From Candidatus Chloroploca sp. Khr17 (GTDB lineage Bacteria > Chloroflexota > Chloroflexia > Chloroflexales > Chloroflexaceae): a DNA stretch of 59,586 nt. Both the position numbers and the translations under genes were made by a program. The notes below the pieces were generated by a model. It searched no databases. It was not told the DNA's origin and saw nothing but the letters and a program-made list of their open reading frames with translations. The stretch is taken from positions 33,982 through 93,567 of the forward strand of contig NZ_RYFF01000020.1 of assembly GCF_004138165.1 (NCBI RefSeq), read 5' to 3'. Below, in pieces: positions 9,101-17,950 of the stretch; the stretch's first letter is position 1; each line of letters begins with the position of its first letter.

Positions 9101-10432
9101 GCAACTGGCGGCGACTACTTTAGTGTCGCCGATACGACCGCCCTGCAGATGGGCTTGCGTGACGTGACCCATCGTGTATCACCCGTCGTTGACGTAGGCA
9201 TCGCCACCGGCTCGGGTGAGATGACGAATGGCACGCCGTATGAGGCGACCTTCTATGTTGATGCCAGCCTTGGCACCCTTGATCTCGATGTGATCTTCAG
9301 TGGCCTGCCCGCTGAGGCTACGCTCACGCTCACGCGACCTGATGGCACTGCGAGTGGAGCCATCTTTGCAACCTCTGGTGTTGATGATGGTTTTGGTGGT
9401 CAGTTTACGCTGGCCAGCACGCGCATCACTAATCCCGCCCTTGGTACCTGGACAGTGCGGGTGACCACAACGAGTGCCCGCAGCCGTGTCGCCTTCTGGG
9501 CTGACGGTGCGCCGCAAGCCGATGAAGGCACGTTCTTTGCCCACGTTCGTTCGCTGACGGGCAAGACAATCGCCGCCCCTGAGGCGCTCTTGATCGATGC
9601 GATGGTTGCCCAAGACTTCCCGATCACTGGTGGTGGTATCCGTGGCGAAATCACGCTGCCTGACGGCACGACCGTGCCGGTGGTCTTTACCGATGATGGC
9701 GTGGCCCCCGACTTCCTGGCGAATGATGGGCACTACAGTGCACTGATTGATTACCGGGGTGACGGTGCCTATTCCATTGCGGCCTTTTTCGATAACGACA
9801 ACGGGCAAGCCGTCTTTACCGAAGAGGCGGTTGCCCCATCCACGGCGCCCGATGGCTCCGTCCGGGAAGCTCAGACCTACCCGGTCGAAGGCAACTTCCA
9901 GCGGTACGCCACCACGAAGGTCTTTGTGACGGGATGGCAACCTGACGATCACGCGGATGATATGTTCGCGGCAACGCAGGTGTCGCCCGATAACACCCCG
10001 TTTGATGGGCGCATTGATCGTGCCGGCGACGTTGACATCTTCAAGGTTGACGTACCGGCTGATTACAGCGACGCGCTGGTACTGCGCATCGCGCAACTGG
10101 CCTTGGGCATGGATCCGGTTCTGACCGCCTTTGACACCGATGAGACCTGGTCAATCGACCGCTCGCTCGCCGATGCCACGGGTGACATGATCAGTGTCAG
10201 CCTGCCGAATAGTGCAGGGACAACGGTCTATATTGCGGTCAAGCATCACAACGCCGCCGCAACCACTGGCCTCTACGAGCTATCGGTGGGGCCACTGCTC
10301 GCCAATGAAGTGCCGGGTAACCTTGATCCAAAAGGTGCAGAGAATGCAATCTTCCTGCCCATGCTCCGGGTACCGGCACAAGGTATCCCGAATGCAGTGC
10401 ATGCGGTCTATCTGCCGCTTACGCTCCGGTGA
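6185..10432 (+). CDS. Secreted multidomain zinc metalloprotease. It has a signal peptide, MAM/FN3-like beta-sandwich domains, a zincin HExxH catalytic domain, a possible vWA-like domain and a PPC domain. Its C-terminus is ...VYLPLTLR.
   Basis: ATG at 6185 follows an AAGG Shine-Dalgarno sequence. The ORF track starts at GTG 6176. N-terminal hydrophobic signal LIFLGLLVVGLVLVGFAPFARAAPG; zincin motif VLGHEMGHYFYSVYDEY; PPC-like block GRIDRAGDVDIFKVDVPADYSD. Confidence 0.8.
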   Translation: MQASSRPSLSPRSLIFLGLLVVGLVLVGFAPFARAAPGFPTAPETFDGTSLPSGWTVVNVRTDAPYPIDDPYPLPNDSHGWRFDNPGARRNVTGGTGNFAIADSDHAGRGKTMDTQLRTPTFSLEGVAAARLQFNTTFRAYDQSTGDVDLSIDGGQTWTTIWRTTRTVHGQVKVTLPASALNQTKVKVRFRYYNATWDWYWAIDNVAIVMVNLPNPPDGLQATLKGSEIQLNWNAAPNVSRYVIERSPDGTNWATIAEVFGSQTRFTDTQGLVCGLPYRYRLLARNVAGLSQPSAPVTATTASCDRPTTLNETFTATTLPNGWTVAPSSGATWSFNNPGGRLNWTGGTGNFAGVDSNRAGGASVDASLVSPSLNLSDQPSVVLQFKTFFWAYRRATAGVDVSTDGGETWVNVWRRTGLFWGPVTLDLSSRLAGKSVAMVRFSYSTHAYNNSYWQVDDVQLLAMSPPVAPTNLRGSLLTSGDISLTWDGRGSQTFELERALGSSGSFQKIAELDHGVTSFIDTTVASETLYRYRVRSRNAVGVSAYSNLVSLTSGNRNVRMIDITISYYANSATAQARRQAIEANVRYFADSIYEMSNGANKLRRVTIYTGGAFANQADIVWVANCWPNAHLSGYGTPGLRIQHCDTFHAANFMNSEVGYRQGGYVLGHEMGHYFYSVYDEYRGSSPSTAWIGFPRLTDTPVNNSVMNSQWYAVDGNLNWLNFSTLRNNTGNTAQHRVYAASAWQTLARPLYQDPRNGTRMTAPVRLFHPELAAVAPALGQAPRIDLTSPTAQANARNALNFVWVGQSGSPRLQQANAEMALQFVVDTSTQMSEAQLASIKANLKNLVDQAADTTMIGLLTYADTVTVVQQPVLLDSEASRTALKATLDGLMLSNSAAVLTGEALEAALGVEGAAGIPDNAVRAVYLFSAGMYTGASHPFAQVGAYQDAAVTLETFDLGRDPQLAAELFQIATATGGDYFSVADTTALQMGLRDVTHRVSPVVDVGIATGSGEMTNGTPYEATFYVDASLGTLDLDVIFSGLPAEATLTLTRPDGTASGAIFATSGVDDGFGGQFTLASTRITNPALGTWTVRVTTTSARSRVAFWADGAPQADEGTFFAHVRSLTGKTIAAPEALLIDAMVAQDFPITGGGIRGEITLPDGTTVPVVFTDDGVAPDFLANDGHYSALIDYRGDGAYSIAAFFDNDNGQAVFTEEAVAPSTAPDGSVREAQTYPVEGNFQRYATTKVFVTGWQPDDHADDMFAATQVSPDNTPFDGRIDRAGDVDIFKVDVPADYSDALVLRIAQLALGMDPVLTAFDTDETWSIDRSLADATGDMISVSLPNSAGTTVYIAVKHHNAAATTGLYELSVGPLLANEVPGNLDPKGAENAIFLPMLRVPAQGIPNAVHAVYLPLTLR

Positions 10433-10455
10433 AAGATGGGCGCTGCGTTAGATCC

Positions 10456-10510
10456 ATAATGAATGGGTGGAGACGAGGGGCGTAGCTCCTCGTCTCCACC
10501 CATTCATTAT
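10456..10510 (+). terminator. Long hairpin with a 23-bp stem, 24 nt after the metalloprotease stop.
   Basis: ataatgaatgggtggagacgagg-ggcgtagc-tcctcgtctccacccattcattat. Confidence 0.6.
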
Positions 10511-10637
10511 AGGCTCATGGTACAATACGAGCCAGCAAGAATTGTGCAAGAAAGATCCACCGAAACGCGCCAATGATCAGCATACGGGCCGGCCAGATGA
10601 GCGGAACAGCGGTGGAACGTGAGAAACAGAGAAGCGT

Positions 10638-13433
10638 ATGAGCGAATGGCTGCAGTTTCATGGCCCCAATGCGGGCTACTTGATGGAGTTGTACGAACGC
10701 TATCAGGCCGATCCTGCGTCGGTTGATGCGGCAACCCGCGACTTTTTTGCGGCGTGGACGCCTCCCGGGGCCGAGGTGCGCGATAGCGAGCACGGGGCCG
10801 GGCTTGATGTGACGCGCATTGTTGGCGCGGCACGCCTGATCCGCTATTTGCGTGAATTGGGTCACGTGGCGGCCCGCATCGATCCGTTGGGGAGTGACCC
10901 GCCCGGCGATCCGGGGTTGGAATTGATCTCGCATGGGGTGACCCAGGCTGACCTCGCGATGTTGCCCGCCCATATTATCCGCGGGCCTGTGGCGACCCAT
11001 GTCCGCAATGCCGCCGAAGGGGTCGAGCGTTTGCGCCAAATCTATTCGGGGGCGATTGGCTATGAGACCGATCAGATCCAGAACTGGGAAGAACGGAACT
11101 GGATCCGTGAGTCGGCTGAGAGTGGTCGCTTTGGCTTTGATCTCGATACCGACCGCCAGCGTGAGTTGCTCGACCGCCTGACTGAGGTCGAGACCTTCGA
11201 GCGCTTTTTGCATAAAACCTTCCCCGGCCAAAAGCGGTTTTCGATCGAGGGCACCGATATGCTGGTGCCCGTGATTGATGCGATTATTCGCAATGCCGCT
11301 GCTGGTGGTACCCGTGAGGTCGTGATCGGCATGGCTCACCGTGGCCGGATCAATGTGCTTGCCCATATTCTTGGCAAACCATATTCGTCAATTCTGAGTG
11401 AATTTCATACGCCAGATTATACAAAAGATACCTATCTGGGCTGGACGGGTGATGTCAAGTATCACCTTGGCGCACGCAAGGCCTATCGTGAGAGTGGTGT
11501 CTCTGAGATGCCGATTACCCTCGCGCCCAATCCGAGCCACCTGGAGTATGTGAATCCGGTGATTGTCGGGCGTGCCCGCGCTGCCCAAGAGAAACGTACG
11601 CGCCCTGGCTATCCCGAGGAGGACGAGAAGGAGTCACTCGCCATCCTGATTCACGGCGATGCGGCCTTCCCCGGGCAGGGGATCGTCGCCGAGACCCTCA
11701 ATATGTCGCGGCTGGAAGGCTATCACGTTGGCGGAACAATCCATATTATTTTAAATAATCAGATCGGTTTTACCACCGATTATCAAGAATCACGCTCAAC
11801 GCTCTATGCTTCTGATCTTGCCCGCGGCTTCGAGATGCCGGTCGTGCATGTCAATGCGGATGACCCCGAGGCGTGCATTTCGGTCGCTCGGATGGCCTGG
11901 GCGTACCGCGATAAGTTCCAGAAGGATATCTTGATTGACCTGGTCGGCTACCGGCGTTGGGGCCACAACGAGGGTGATGAGCCGGAATTTACTCAGCCCC
12001 GGATGTATGAGAAGATCCGCAATCACCCGACAGTACGTGAGATCTGGGCCCGTGAGTTAGAGCGCCGTGGTGTGATTACCCACGAAGAGGCCCAGGCCCG
12101 CGTCGAGGCCGTGATGCAGCGGCTGCAACAAGCATTTGATACGGTGCGTGAGCGTCAGCGCCTCGCGGCCAGCCTGCCACCGACCGAGGAGTTGCCGCCT
12201 GCCCCTCTCGCCAACCCCTTGCGTGAAACGATCTTTGCCAAGCCGATCTCGGCGCAGAAGTTGCTTGAGTTGAATGAGGCGTTGCTCGATCGCCCCGAAG
12301 AGTTTATTGCGCACCCCAAGCTTGAACGGATGTTGCAGCGGCGGCGTCAGACGATCCATGACCACGCTGGGATTGAGTGGGCGCATGCCGAGGCGCTCGC
12401 TTTTGCGGCGATTCTGGCCGATGGTACGCCGATCCGTATGACTGGACAGGATAGTGAGCGTGGTACTTTTAGTCAGCGCCATCTGGTGCTGCACGATTCG
12501 CTGACAGGCGAACGCTTTGTTCCGTTGCACCATATGCCCCAGGCCCGCGCTGCGTTCGCGCTCTACAATAGTCCGCTCTCAGAGGCGGCGGTGCTTGCCT
12601 TTGAGTATGGCTATAGCACCCATGCCCCCGGTACGATGGTGCTGTGGGAGGCGCAGTTTGGCGATTTTGCCAATGGGGCGCAGGTGATCATTGATCAGTT
12701 CATTGTCGCCGGGCGCTCGAAGTGGGCCGTTGATCCTGCTCTGGTGCTCTTGTTGCCGCATGGCTACGAGGGTCAGGGCCCCGAGCATTCGTCGGCACGT
12801 CTCGAACGCTTTTTGCAACTCGCCGCCACGGATAATATCCGGGTGGCGAATCCGACCACGGCGGCGCAGTATTTCCACTTGTTGCGCTACCAGGCGTCGG
12901 CGCTGGCGCTGCATCCGCGCCCGCTGATTGTGATGACGCCCAAGAGCCTGTTGCGCAATCCGCGCTCGAATTCGTCACTTAGCGACCTGACGGCTGGCCC
13001 TTTCAAGCCGGTGCTCGATCGCGGGGCCGATGCGCCTCCTCCCGAAGATGTGACCAGGCTCATTCTCTGTAGTGGCAAGGTCGCAATTGACATGTTGGCC
13101 TCGGGCGAACTCGAACGGGCCGGGGGCAGCGTTGATCTTGTGCGCGTCGAGATGCTCTATCCGTTCCCCGAGCACGATCTGCGGACGACGCTTGAACGCT
13201 ATCCCAATCTGCTCGAGGTGATCTGGATGCAGGAAGAGCCACAAAATATGGGCGCATGGTCGTATATCGCCCCACGGTTGCAGGCGATCCTCGACCCTGA
13301 CCTGACGTTCCGTTATGTCGGCAGAGGTGAGTCGGCTTCAACCGCCGAGGGTATGCATAGTCTCCATGCCCGCGAGCAGCAGCGTATCTTGCGTGAAGCT
13401 GTCGCCGGGGTTGTGGTCAGTACGATAAGGTAA
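10638..13433 (+). CDS. sucA: 2-oxoglutarate dehydrogenase E1 component.
   Basis: 931 aa. ThDP-dependent E1 hallmark blocks HGDAAFPGQGIVAETLNMS, GYRRWGHNEGDEP and the transketolase-like C-terminal half. The length and domain order are typical of OGDH E1. Confidence 0.93.
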   Translation: MSEWLQFHGPNAGYLMELYERYQADPASVDAATRDFFAAWTPPGAEVRDSEHGAGLDVTRIVGAARLIRYLRELGHVAARIDPLGSDPPGDPGLELISHGVTQADLAMLPAHIIRGPVATHVRNAAEGVERLRQIYSGAIGYETDQIQNWEERNWIRESAESGRFGFDLDTDRQRELLDRLTEVETFERFLHKTFPGQKRFSIEGTDMLVPVIDAIIRNAAAGGTREVVIGMAHRGRINVLAHILGKPYSSILSEFHTPDYTKDTYLGWTGDVKYHLGARKAYRESGVSEMPITLAPNPSHLEYVNPVIVGRARAAQEKRTRPGYPEEDEKESLAILIHGDAAFPGQGIVAETLNMSRLEGYHVGGTIHIILNNQIGFTTDYQESRSTLYASDLARGFEMPVVHVNADDPEACISVARMAWAYRDKFQKDILIDLVGYRRWGHNEGDEPEFTQPRMYEKIRNHPTVREIWARELERRGVITHEEAQARVEAVMQRLQQAFDTVRERQRLAASLPPTEELPPAPLANPLRETIFAKPISAQKLLELNEALLDRPEEFIAHPKLERMLQRRRQTIHDHAGIEWAHAEALAFAAILADGTPIRMTGQDSERGTFSQRHLVLHDSLTGERFVPLHHMPQARAAFALYNSPLSEAAVLAFEYGYSTHAPGTMVLWEAQFGDFANGAQVIIDQFIVAGRSKWAVDPALVLLLPHGYEGQGPEHSSARLERFLQLAATDNIRVANPTTAAQYFHLLRYQASALALHPRPLIVMTPKSLLRNPRSNSSLSDLTAGPFKPVLDRGADAPPPEDVTRLILCSGKVAIDMLASGELERAGGSVDLVRVEMLYPFPEHDLRTTLERYPNLLEVIWMQEEPQNMGAWSYIAPRLQAILDPDLTFRYVGRGESASTAEGMHSLHAREQQRILREAVAGVVVSTIR

Positions 13434-13480
13434 GCCGTCTCCAAGCTAAACTACTCACCGGTGTGGACAGTTTAGCCCCC

Positions 13481-13534
13481 GGGAGCGCGGGCGGCTCGCC
13501 CGCAAGTGCTTGCGGGCAAGTCGCCCGCGCTCCC
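13481..13534 (+). terminator. Imperfect 26-bp GC-rich hairpin between sucA and sucB. It could be a partial terminator or attenuator.
   Basis: gggagcgcgggcggctcgcccgcaag-tgc-ttgcgggcaagtcgcccgcgctccc, with 2 mismatches. Confidence 0.4.
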
Positions 13535-13599
13535 AGGCGAAGGGTGAACAGTTACGCTTCAAATAGGGTGTTTTGTGAGTGACTTTGCGGAGCAAGCAT

Positions 13600-14928
13600 A
13601 TGGCATATGAGATCAAAGTTCCAGCGCTTGGTGAGTCGATTGTGGAAGCGATTGTGGCACGCTGGTTGAAGCAAGCGGGTGAAGCGGTTGCCGCTGGTGA
13701 GCCAGTCGTTGAACTTGAAACCGATAAGGTGAATCTTGAAGTTGCGGCTGATCATGCCGGGGTGATCGGGGCGCTGCTGGTGCAAGAGGGGGCGACGGTC
13801 GGCATTGGCGATGTCCTGACGACGATTATCCCCGGTGCTGCCACGACGATCGTGCCCCCGCCGCCTGCCGCTATCGCGCCCCATAGCGAGAATGGTGCGC
13901 ACGCCACGCAAGAAGAAGCGGTGAGTATGCCCGGTGGGGTTGTCGCTACCCCAACGGCCCAGAAAGTGGCCGCGCAGCATGGCATTGACCTGCGTACGCT
14001 CAGCGGAACTGGTCCTGATGGGCGCATTACGAAAGAGGATGTCCTGCGGAGCGTGGAGGCGCCTGCGACCAGTACCATTGCGGTACCTGTGGCACCTGCG
14101 CGCCCCCAACCAGTTGCCCCCCCACGAGCGGCACCGGTAGCACCTGTTCCTCCCATTGCTGCCCCGGCCCCGACCCCTATCGAGTATGCACCAACGCCAG
14201 CCCCAGTGGTCGCGTCGGGGGGCGATGGTCGCCGTGAGGAACGGCAACGCCTGACCCGGCGCCGCCAGACGATTGCCCGTCGCCTGGTCGAAGCGCAGCA
14301 GACCGCTGCGATGCTCACAACCTTTAATGAGGTTGATATGAGCAGCGTGATGGAGTTGCGCAAGCGCCATAAGGATGGCTTCAAAGAGCGCCACGGGGTC
14401 AACCTCGGGTTTATGTCGTTCTTTACCAAAGCCGTAGTCGGGGCACTCAAGGCCTTTCCGACAGTCAATGCCGAAATTCAGGGCGAAGAGGTGGTGATTA
14501 AGTACTACTACGATATCGGGATGGCGGTTGGCGTTGAAGAGGGCCTGGTGGTGCCGGTGGTGCGCGATGCTGACCGCAAGAGCTTTGCGCAGATCGAGCA
14601 AGAGATTGGCGTGCTGGCGGGCAAAGCTCGCAATGGTACGCTGAGTCTCGCTGAATTGATGGGGGGCACGTTCACCATTACCAATGGTGGCGTCTATGGC
14701 TCACTGATGTCCACGCCTATTCTCAATGCGCCGCAAGTTGGCATTCTCGGTCTCCACAAAATCGAAGAGCGCCCGATTGTGCGCGAGGGTCAGATTGTGA
14801 TCCGCCCGATGATGTACCTGGCACTTAGTTATGACCATCGTCTGATTGATGGGAGTACGGCGGTGCGCTTCCTCGTGCGACTCAAAGAATTGATGGAAGA
14901 TCCTGAAGCCTTGCTGCTTGAGGGATAA
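13600..14928 (+). CDS. sucB: Dihydrolipoamide succinyltransferase E2 component, with a single lipoyl domain.
   Basis: Lipoyl-lysine motif ETDKVNLEV; Ala/Pro linkers; E3-binding PSBD block [31 protein letters not shown]; catalytic DHRLIDG. ATG at 13600 follows a GGAG Shine-Dalgarno sequence. The ORF track's GTG at 13579 is probably not used. Confidence 0.92.
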   Translation: MAYEIKVPALGESIVEAIVARWLKQAGEAVAAGEPVVELETDKVNLEVAADHAGVIGALLVQEGATVGIGDVLTTIIPGAATTIVPPPPAAIAPHSENGAHATQEEAVSMPGGVVATPTAQKVAAQHGIDLRTLSGTGPDGRITKEDVLRSVEAPATSTIAVPVAPARPQPVAPPRAAPVAPVPPIAAPAPTPIEYAPTPAPVVASGGDGRREERQRLTRRRQTIARRLVEAQQTAAMLTTFNEVDMSSVMELRKRHKDGFKERHGVNLGFMSFFTKAVVGALKAFPTVNAEIQGEEVVIKYYYDIGMAVGVEEGLVVPVVRDADRKSFAQIEQEIGVLAGKARNGTLSLAELMGGTFTITNGGVYGSLMSTPILNAPQVGILGLHKIEERPIVREGQIVIRPMMYLALSYDHRLIDGSTAVRFLVRLKELMEDPEALLLEG

Positions 14929-14934
14929 TCCGTT

Positions 14935-14982
14935 TGTGCGTCGTGCGCGGTGCCAGCAAGCTGGCACCGCGCACGACGCACA
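14935..14982 (+). terminator. Perfect 22-23-bp stem hairpin between sucB and lysA.
   Basis: tgtgcgtcgtgcgcggtgccagc-aag-ctggcaccgcgcacgacgcaca. Confidence 0.6.
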
Positions 14983-15021
14983 GGGTAGTCGAAGCGATCG
15001 GCCTATTGAGGAGCAACACTG

Positions 15022-16323
15022 ATGTACGTGTGGCCCGAGACGGTTGCGGTGGGTGATGGGCGGCTCGCGGTTGGGGGATGCGATCTGGTTGCGCTGGCTG
15101 AACAGTATGGGACGCCGCTCTATGTCTTTGATGAGGTGACGCTGCGCGGCGCGATGCGCACCTATCGGGCGGCGTTTGCCGAAGCCTACCCGGCGCAGCA
15201 TCGCGTCCACTATGCAAGCAAGGCGTTGCTCAATACGGCGCTGGCCCAGATTGTTGCCGAGGAGGGCCTCGGCTTGGATGTGGTCTCGGCGGCTGAGTTG
15301 TGCGTGGCCCAGCGAGCCGGGGTGCCGATGGGGCACGTGCATCTGCATGGCAATGCGAAAAGTGAAGCCGAATTGGTGCGTGCGATGACATGGGGCGTCG
15401 GGGCGATCGTCGTTGATAATCTCGATGAGCTTGGCTTGCTCGAGGCGTTGACCAGGCAGTGCGAAGAACCGCAAGGGGTGTTGCTGCGCCTCGCCCCCGA
15501 TATTGCCGCCCAGACGCATGCCCATATTGCGACCGGTAGCAGTGACGCCAAATTCGGTTTACCACGTGAGGCGCTTGACACCGCCGTTAGGCGCATCCTG
15601 GCGGCCCCTGGACTGCATTTGCTTGGTCTGCATGCCCATATTGGCTCGCAGCTCTTTCGGCTTGATCAGTTGCAGGCGACGGTGCAGGTTCTGGTCGAAG
15701 CGGCGGTACAGGTGCGTGATCAGTATGGGTATACTGTGACCGAGTTGAGCCCCGGTGGTGGCCTGGGGGTTCCGTATACGACCGAGCAACCGCCGACGGA
15801 CCTTTGTGGCTACGCGACGATGCTTGCCGCGACCCTGACAGATGCGTGTACGCGGGCGAACTTCCCCCTACCCAGGTTGACGATCGAGCCGGGGCGTTCC
15901 ATTATTGCGCGGGCGGGCGTTGCGCTCTATCGAGTCATCGGACGCAAATATGCGCCCGATGGACGGCTGCTCTACCTGCACGTTGACGGCGGTATGGCCG
16001 ACAATTTACGCCCGGCGCTCTATGGGGCGCAGTATAGTGCGCTGCTGGCCAATCGTGCCGACGAGCCAGCGGATACGGTCGTGGCGGTCGCAGGCCGGTA
16101 CTGCGAATCTGGTGATATTCTGTTGCGTGAGATAGCCCTGCCATCCGGCGCACCTGGCGACATCGTAGCGATTGCTACCGCAGGTGCGTATACGTTGAGC
16201 ATGGCGAGCAACTACAATCTTGTTCCACGCCCCGCCGTGCTCTTGCTCGATGCTGGAACAGTTCGGCTGATCCAGCGCCGCGAGACCGAAGAGGAGTTAC
16301 TTGCGCGTGACATCGTGCTGTAG
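15022..16323 (+). CDS. lysA: Diaminopimelate decarboxylase, a PLP-dependent fold-III (alanine-racemase-like) decarboxylase.
   Basis: 433 aa. PLP-Lys block YASKA; GGGLG; EPGRS; CESGD. GAGGAG Shine-Dalgarno sequence upstream of the ATG. Confidence 0.85.
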   Translation: MYVWPETVAVGDGRLAVGGCDLVALAEQYGTPLYVFDEVTLRGAMRTYRAAFAEAYPAQHRVHYASKALLNTALAQIVAEEGLGLDVVSAAELCVAQRAGVPMGHVHLHGNAKSEAELVRAMTWGVGAIVVDNLDELGLLEALTRQCEEPQGVLLRLAPDIAAQTHAHIATGSSDAKFGLPREALDTAVRRILAAPGLHLLGLHAHIGSQLFRLDQLQATVQVLVEAAVQVRDQYGYTVTELSPGGGLGVPYTTEQPPTDLCGYATMLAATLTDACTRANFPLPRLTIEPGRSIIARAGVALYRVIGRKYAPDGRLLYLHVDGGMADNLRPALYGAQYSALLANRADEPADTVVAVAGRYCESGDILLREIALPSGAPGDIVAIATAGAYTLSMASNYNLVPRPAVLLLDAGTVRLIQRRETEEELLARDIVL

Positions 16324-16334
16324 CGGGGTAGGTG

Positions 16335-17681
16335 ATGCAAAATCATTTCTTTTATCGTGGCCCGATCCGTGATCGGCGCTACCTCTATGGGCGCGAGCCG
16401 CTGCTCGAGCGTGCGCTCGCCTTCATTACCTCTGGACAGAGTGTGGCGCTGATTGGCCCGCGACGCATTGGCAAGACCTCGCTGCTACTTCAGCTTGGTG
16501 ATCCAGCGTTATATGCGCAGATCGGGCATGAGGTCAGCAGGCTCCATTGTGTCTACCTCGACTGCCAGAGTCTCATTCAGGCTAGCCCTGAGATGATCTA
16601 TGGGCGGCTACTTGCCGCGATCGGCGAAGGATCGGAGGCTGCTTCAGCGGGGTGCCGTGCGGATGGCAGCGAAGGCGTAGCGTTTGCCCAGTTCGAAGCA
16701 GCCATTGAGTACGCCAGCTCCAACGGCTATGCGTTGATTTTTTTGCTCGACGAGTTTGAGAGTTTGCTTGCGAATACGCAGCTTGATCATGCTTTCTACA
16801 CGAGTCTGCGGGCACTAGCTACAACGCAGAGGGTCGTCTATGTGCTTGCTTCGTCGTGCCCCTTGCTTGAACTCGACCATGTGCATCTTGAGGCGTGGAA
16901 CGTCGCGTTGCTCAACGACTTTGCAGTTATTCACCTGGGGTTACTCTCGGTTGAAGCGAGTCGTCTGCTGTTGCAAGAGTTGTCAGCGCGAAGTGGTTTT
17001 GCCTTTGATGAACCGTTGATCGAACAGTTGCTTGAACTGGCCGGCTGCCATCCTCTCTTGCTCCAGATCGCCGGTTACCATGCGATCGATTTGCTGAAGA
17101 CCGATGAGCTCCAGCATTCTTGTGATGTGCAGATGCTCGAGCGTGCCTTTCTGAGCGAAGCCGCCGCACAATGGAGTGCCATGTGGCATCGGTTGAACCT
17201 TGAGAGTAAACAGATGCTGGCCCTCTTTGCGCTGCTCGCCCCGACCTATCCAGCTGCGGTGCGTCGCCTCGAAGCCTGTGGTCTTGTGATGCAGGGGGCC
17301 GATGGGCAACCAACGCTGCTCTCGGTAGCCTTTCGTCGTTTTGTCGCGGAACAAGAGGTTCCCGGCGTGATCCAAGTGCCACCGGTGACGCTTGTGCCGT
17401 CACTCAAGACAGCCCTGTTGCGCGGTGAGCCATTGCCCTTGCCGCCGCAGCAGTTTGAGCTCTTGAGCTATCTGGTCGAGCATCGCCAGCGCATCGTCTC
17501 ACGTGAAGAATTGACCGCGGCGCTCTGGGGGCGTTACGATGCAGCGAGCCTTGAGAGTCTGCGTACCGCGTTGCGCAGTCTGCGCGAGGCGCTGGGCGAA
17601 GACCAGGGCTGTATCCAGATTCTCCGCGGGCACGGCTGCCAGTTTGTTGCGCTCGATCTTCCGGTTTTGCTCCTCCAATGA
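16335..17681 (+). CDS. AAA+ (ORC/Cdc6-like) ATPase fused to a C-terminal OmpR/CadC-type winged-helix DNA-binding domain. It is a putative transcriptional regulator.
   Basis: Walker A GPRRIGKTSLL; Walker B IFLLDEFE. C-terminal block QFELLSYLVEHRQRIVSREELTAALWG is trans_reg_C-like. Starts 12 nt after the lysA stop. Confidence 0.7.
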   Translation: MQNHFFYRGPIRDRRYLYGREPLLERALAFITSGQSVALIGPRRIGKTSLLLQLGDPALYAQIGHEVSRLHCVYLDCQSLIQASPEMIYGRLLAAIGEGSEAASAGCRADGSEGVAFAQFEAAIEYASSNGYALIFLLDEFESLLANTQLDHAFYTSLRALATTQRVVYVLASSCPLLELDHVHLEAWNVALLNDFAVIHLGLLSVEASRLLLQELSARSGFAFDEPLIEQLLELAGCHPLLLQIAGYHAIDLLKTDELQHSCDVQMLERAFLSEAAAQWSAMWHRLNLESKQMLALFALLAPTYPAAVRRLEACGLVMQGADGQPTLLSVAFRRFVAEQEVPGVIQVPPVTLVPSLKTALLRGEPLPLPPQQFELLSYLVEHRQRIVSREELTAALWGRYDAASLESLRTALRSLREALGEDQGCIQILRGHGCQFVALDLPVLLLQ

Positions 17682-17950
17682 TCCGCCAAACTTCCCTGTT
17701 TGCTCCCTCCACAAACTGAGCGGCGATGGGCTATCATAGACTCAATCCCAGCAAAACATTGCTTCCAGATCGCTCCTTGTTCGTGTTTTGGACACTCTTA
17801 TGCTCAGCGAGCCTCCCTGGTTGAGGTGCAACTGCCGCGCCTTCTGCCACTCCCCCTCCGTTGCCCAGGTGCCCCCTTGACAGGGCTTGCAGTTGCCCCA
17901 AACGCCAGCAGCAAGGCCCTGATGAGTACAGCGCAAAGGAATGGGTCAGC

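Noticed and set aside
10515-15525. Long minus-strand ORFs (283, 349 and 274 aa) opposite sucA, sucB and lysA.
   Set aside because: They are antisense to genes with unmistakable conserved motifs, and their Arg/Pro-rich composition is typical of GC-rich antisense frames.
17868-17885. TTGACA hexamer upstream of the 17951 gene as a -35 element.
   Set aside because: No acceptable -10 hexamer lies at 16-19 bp spacing. It is a single hexamer match in a 60-kb GC-rich window.
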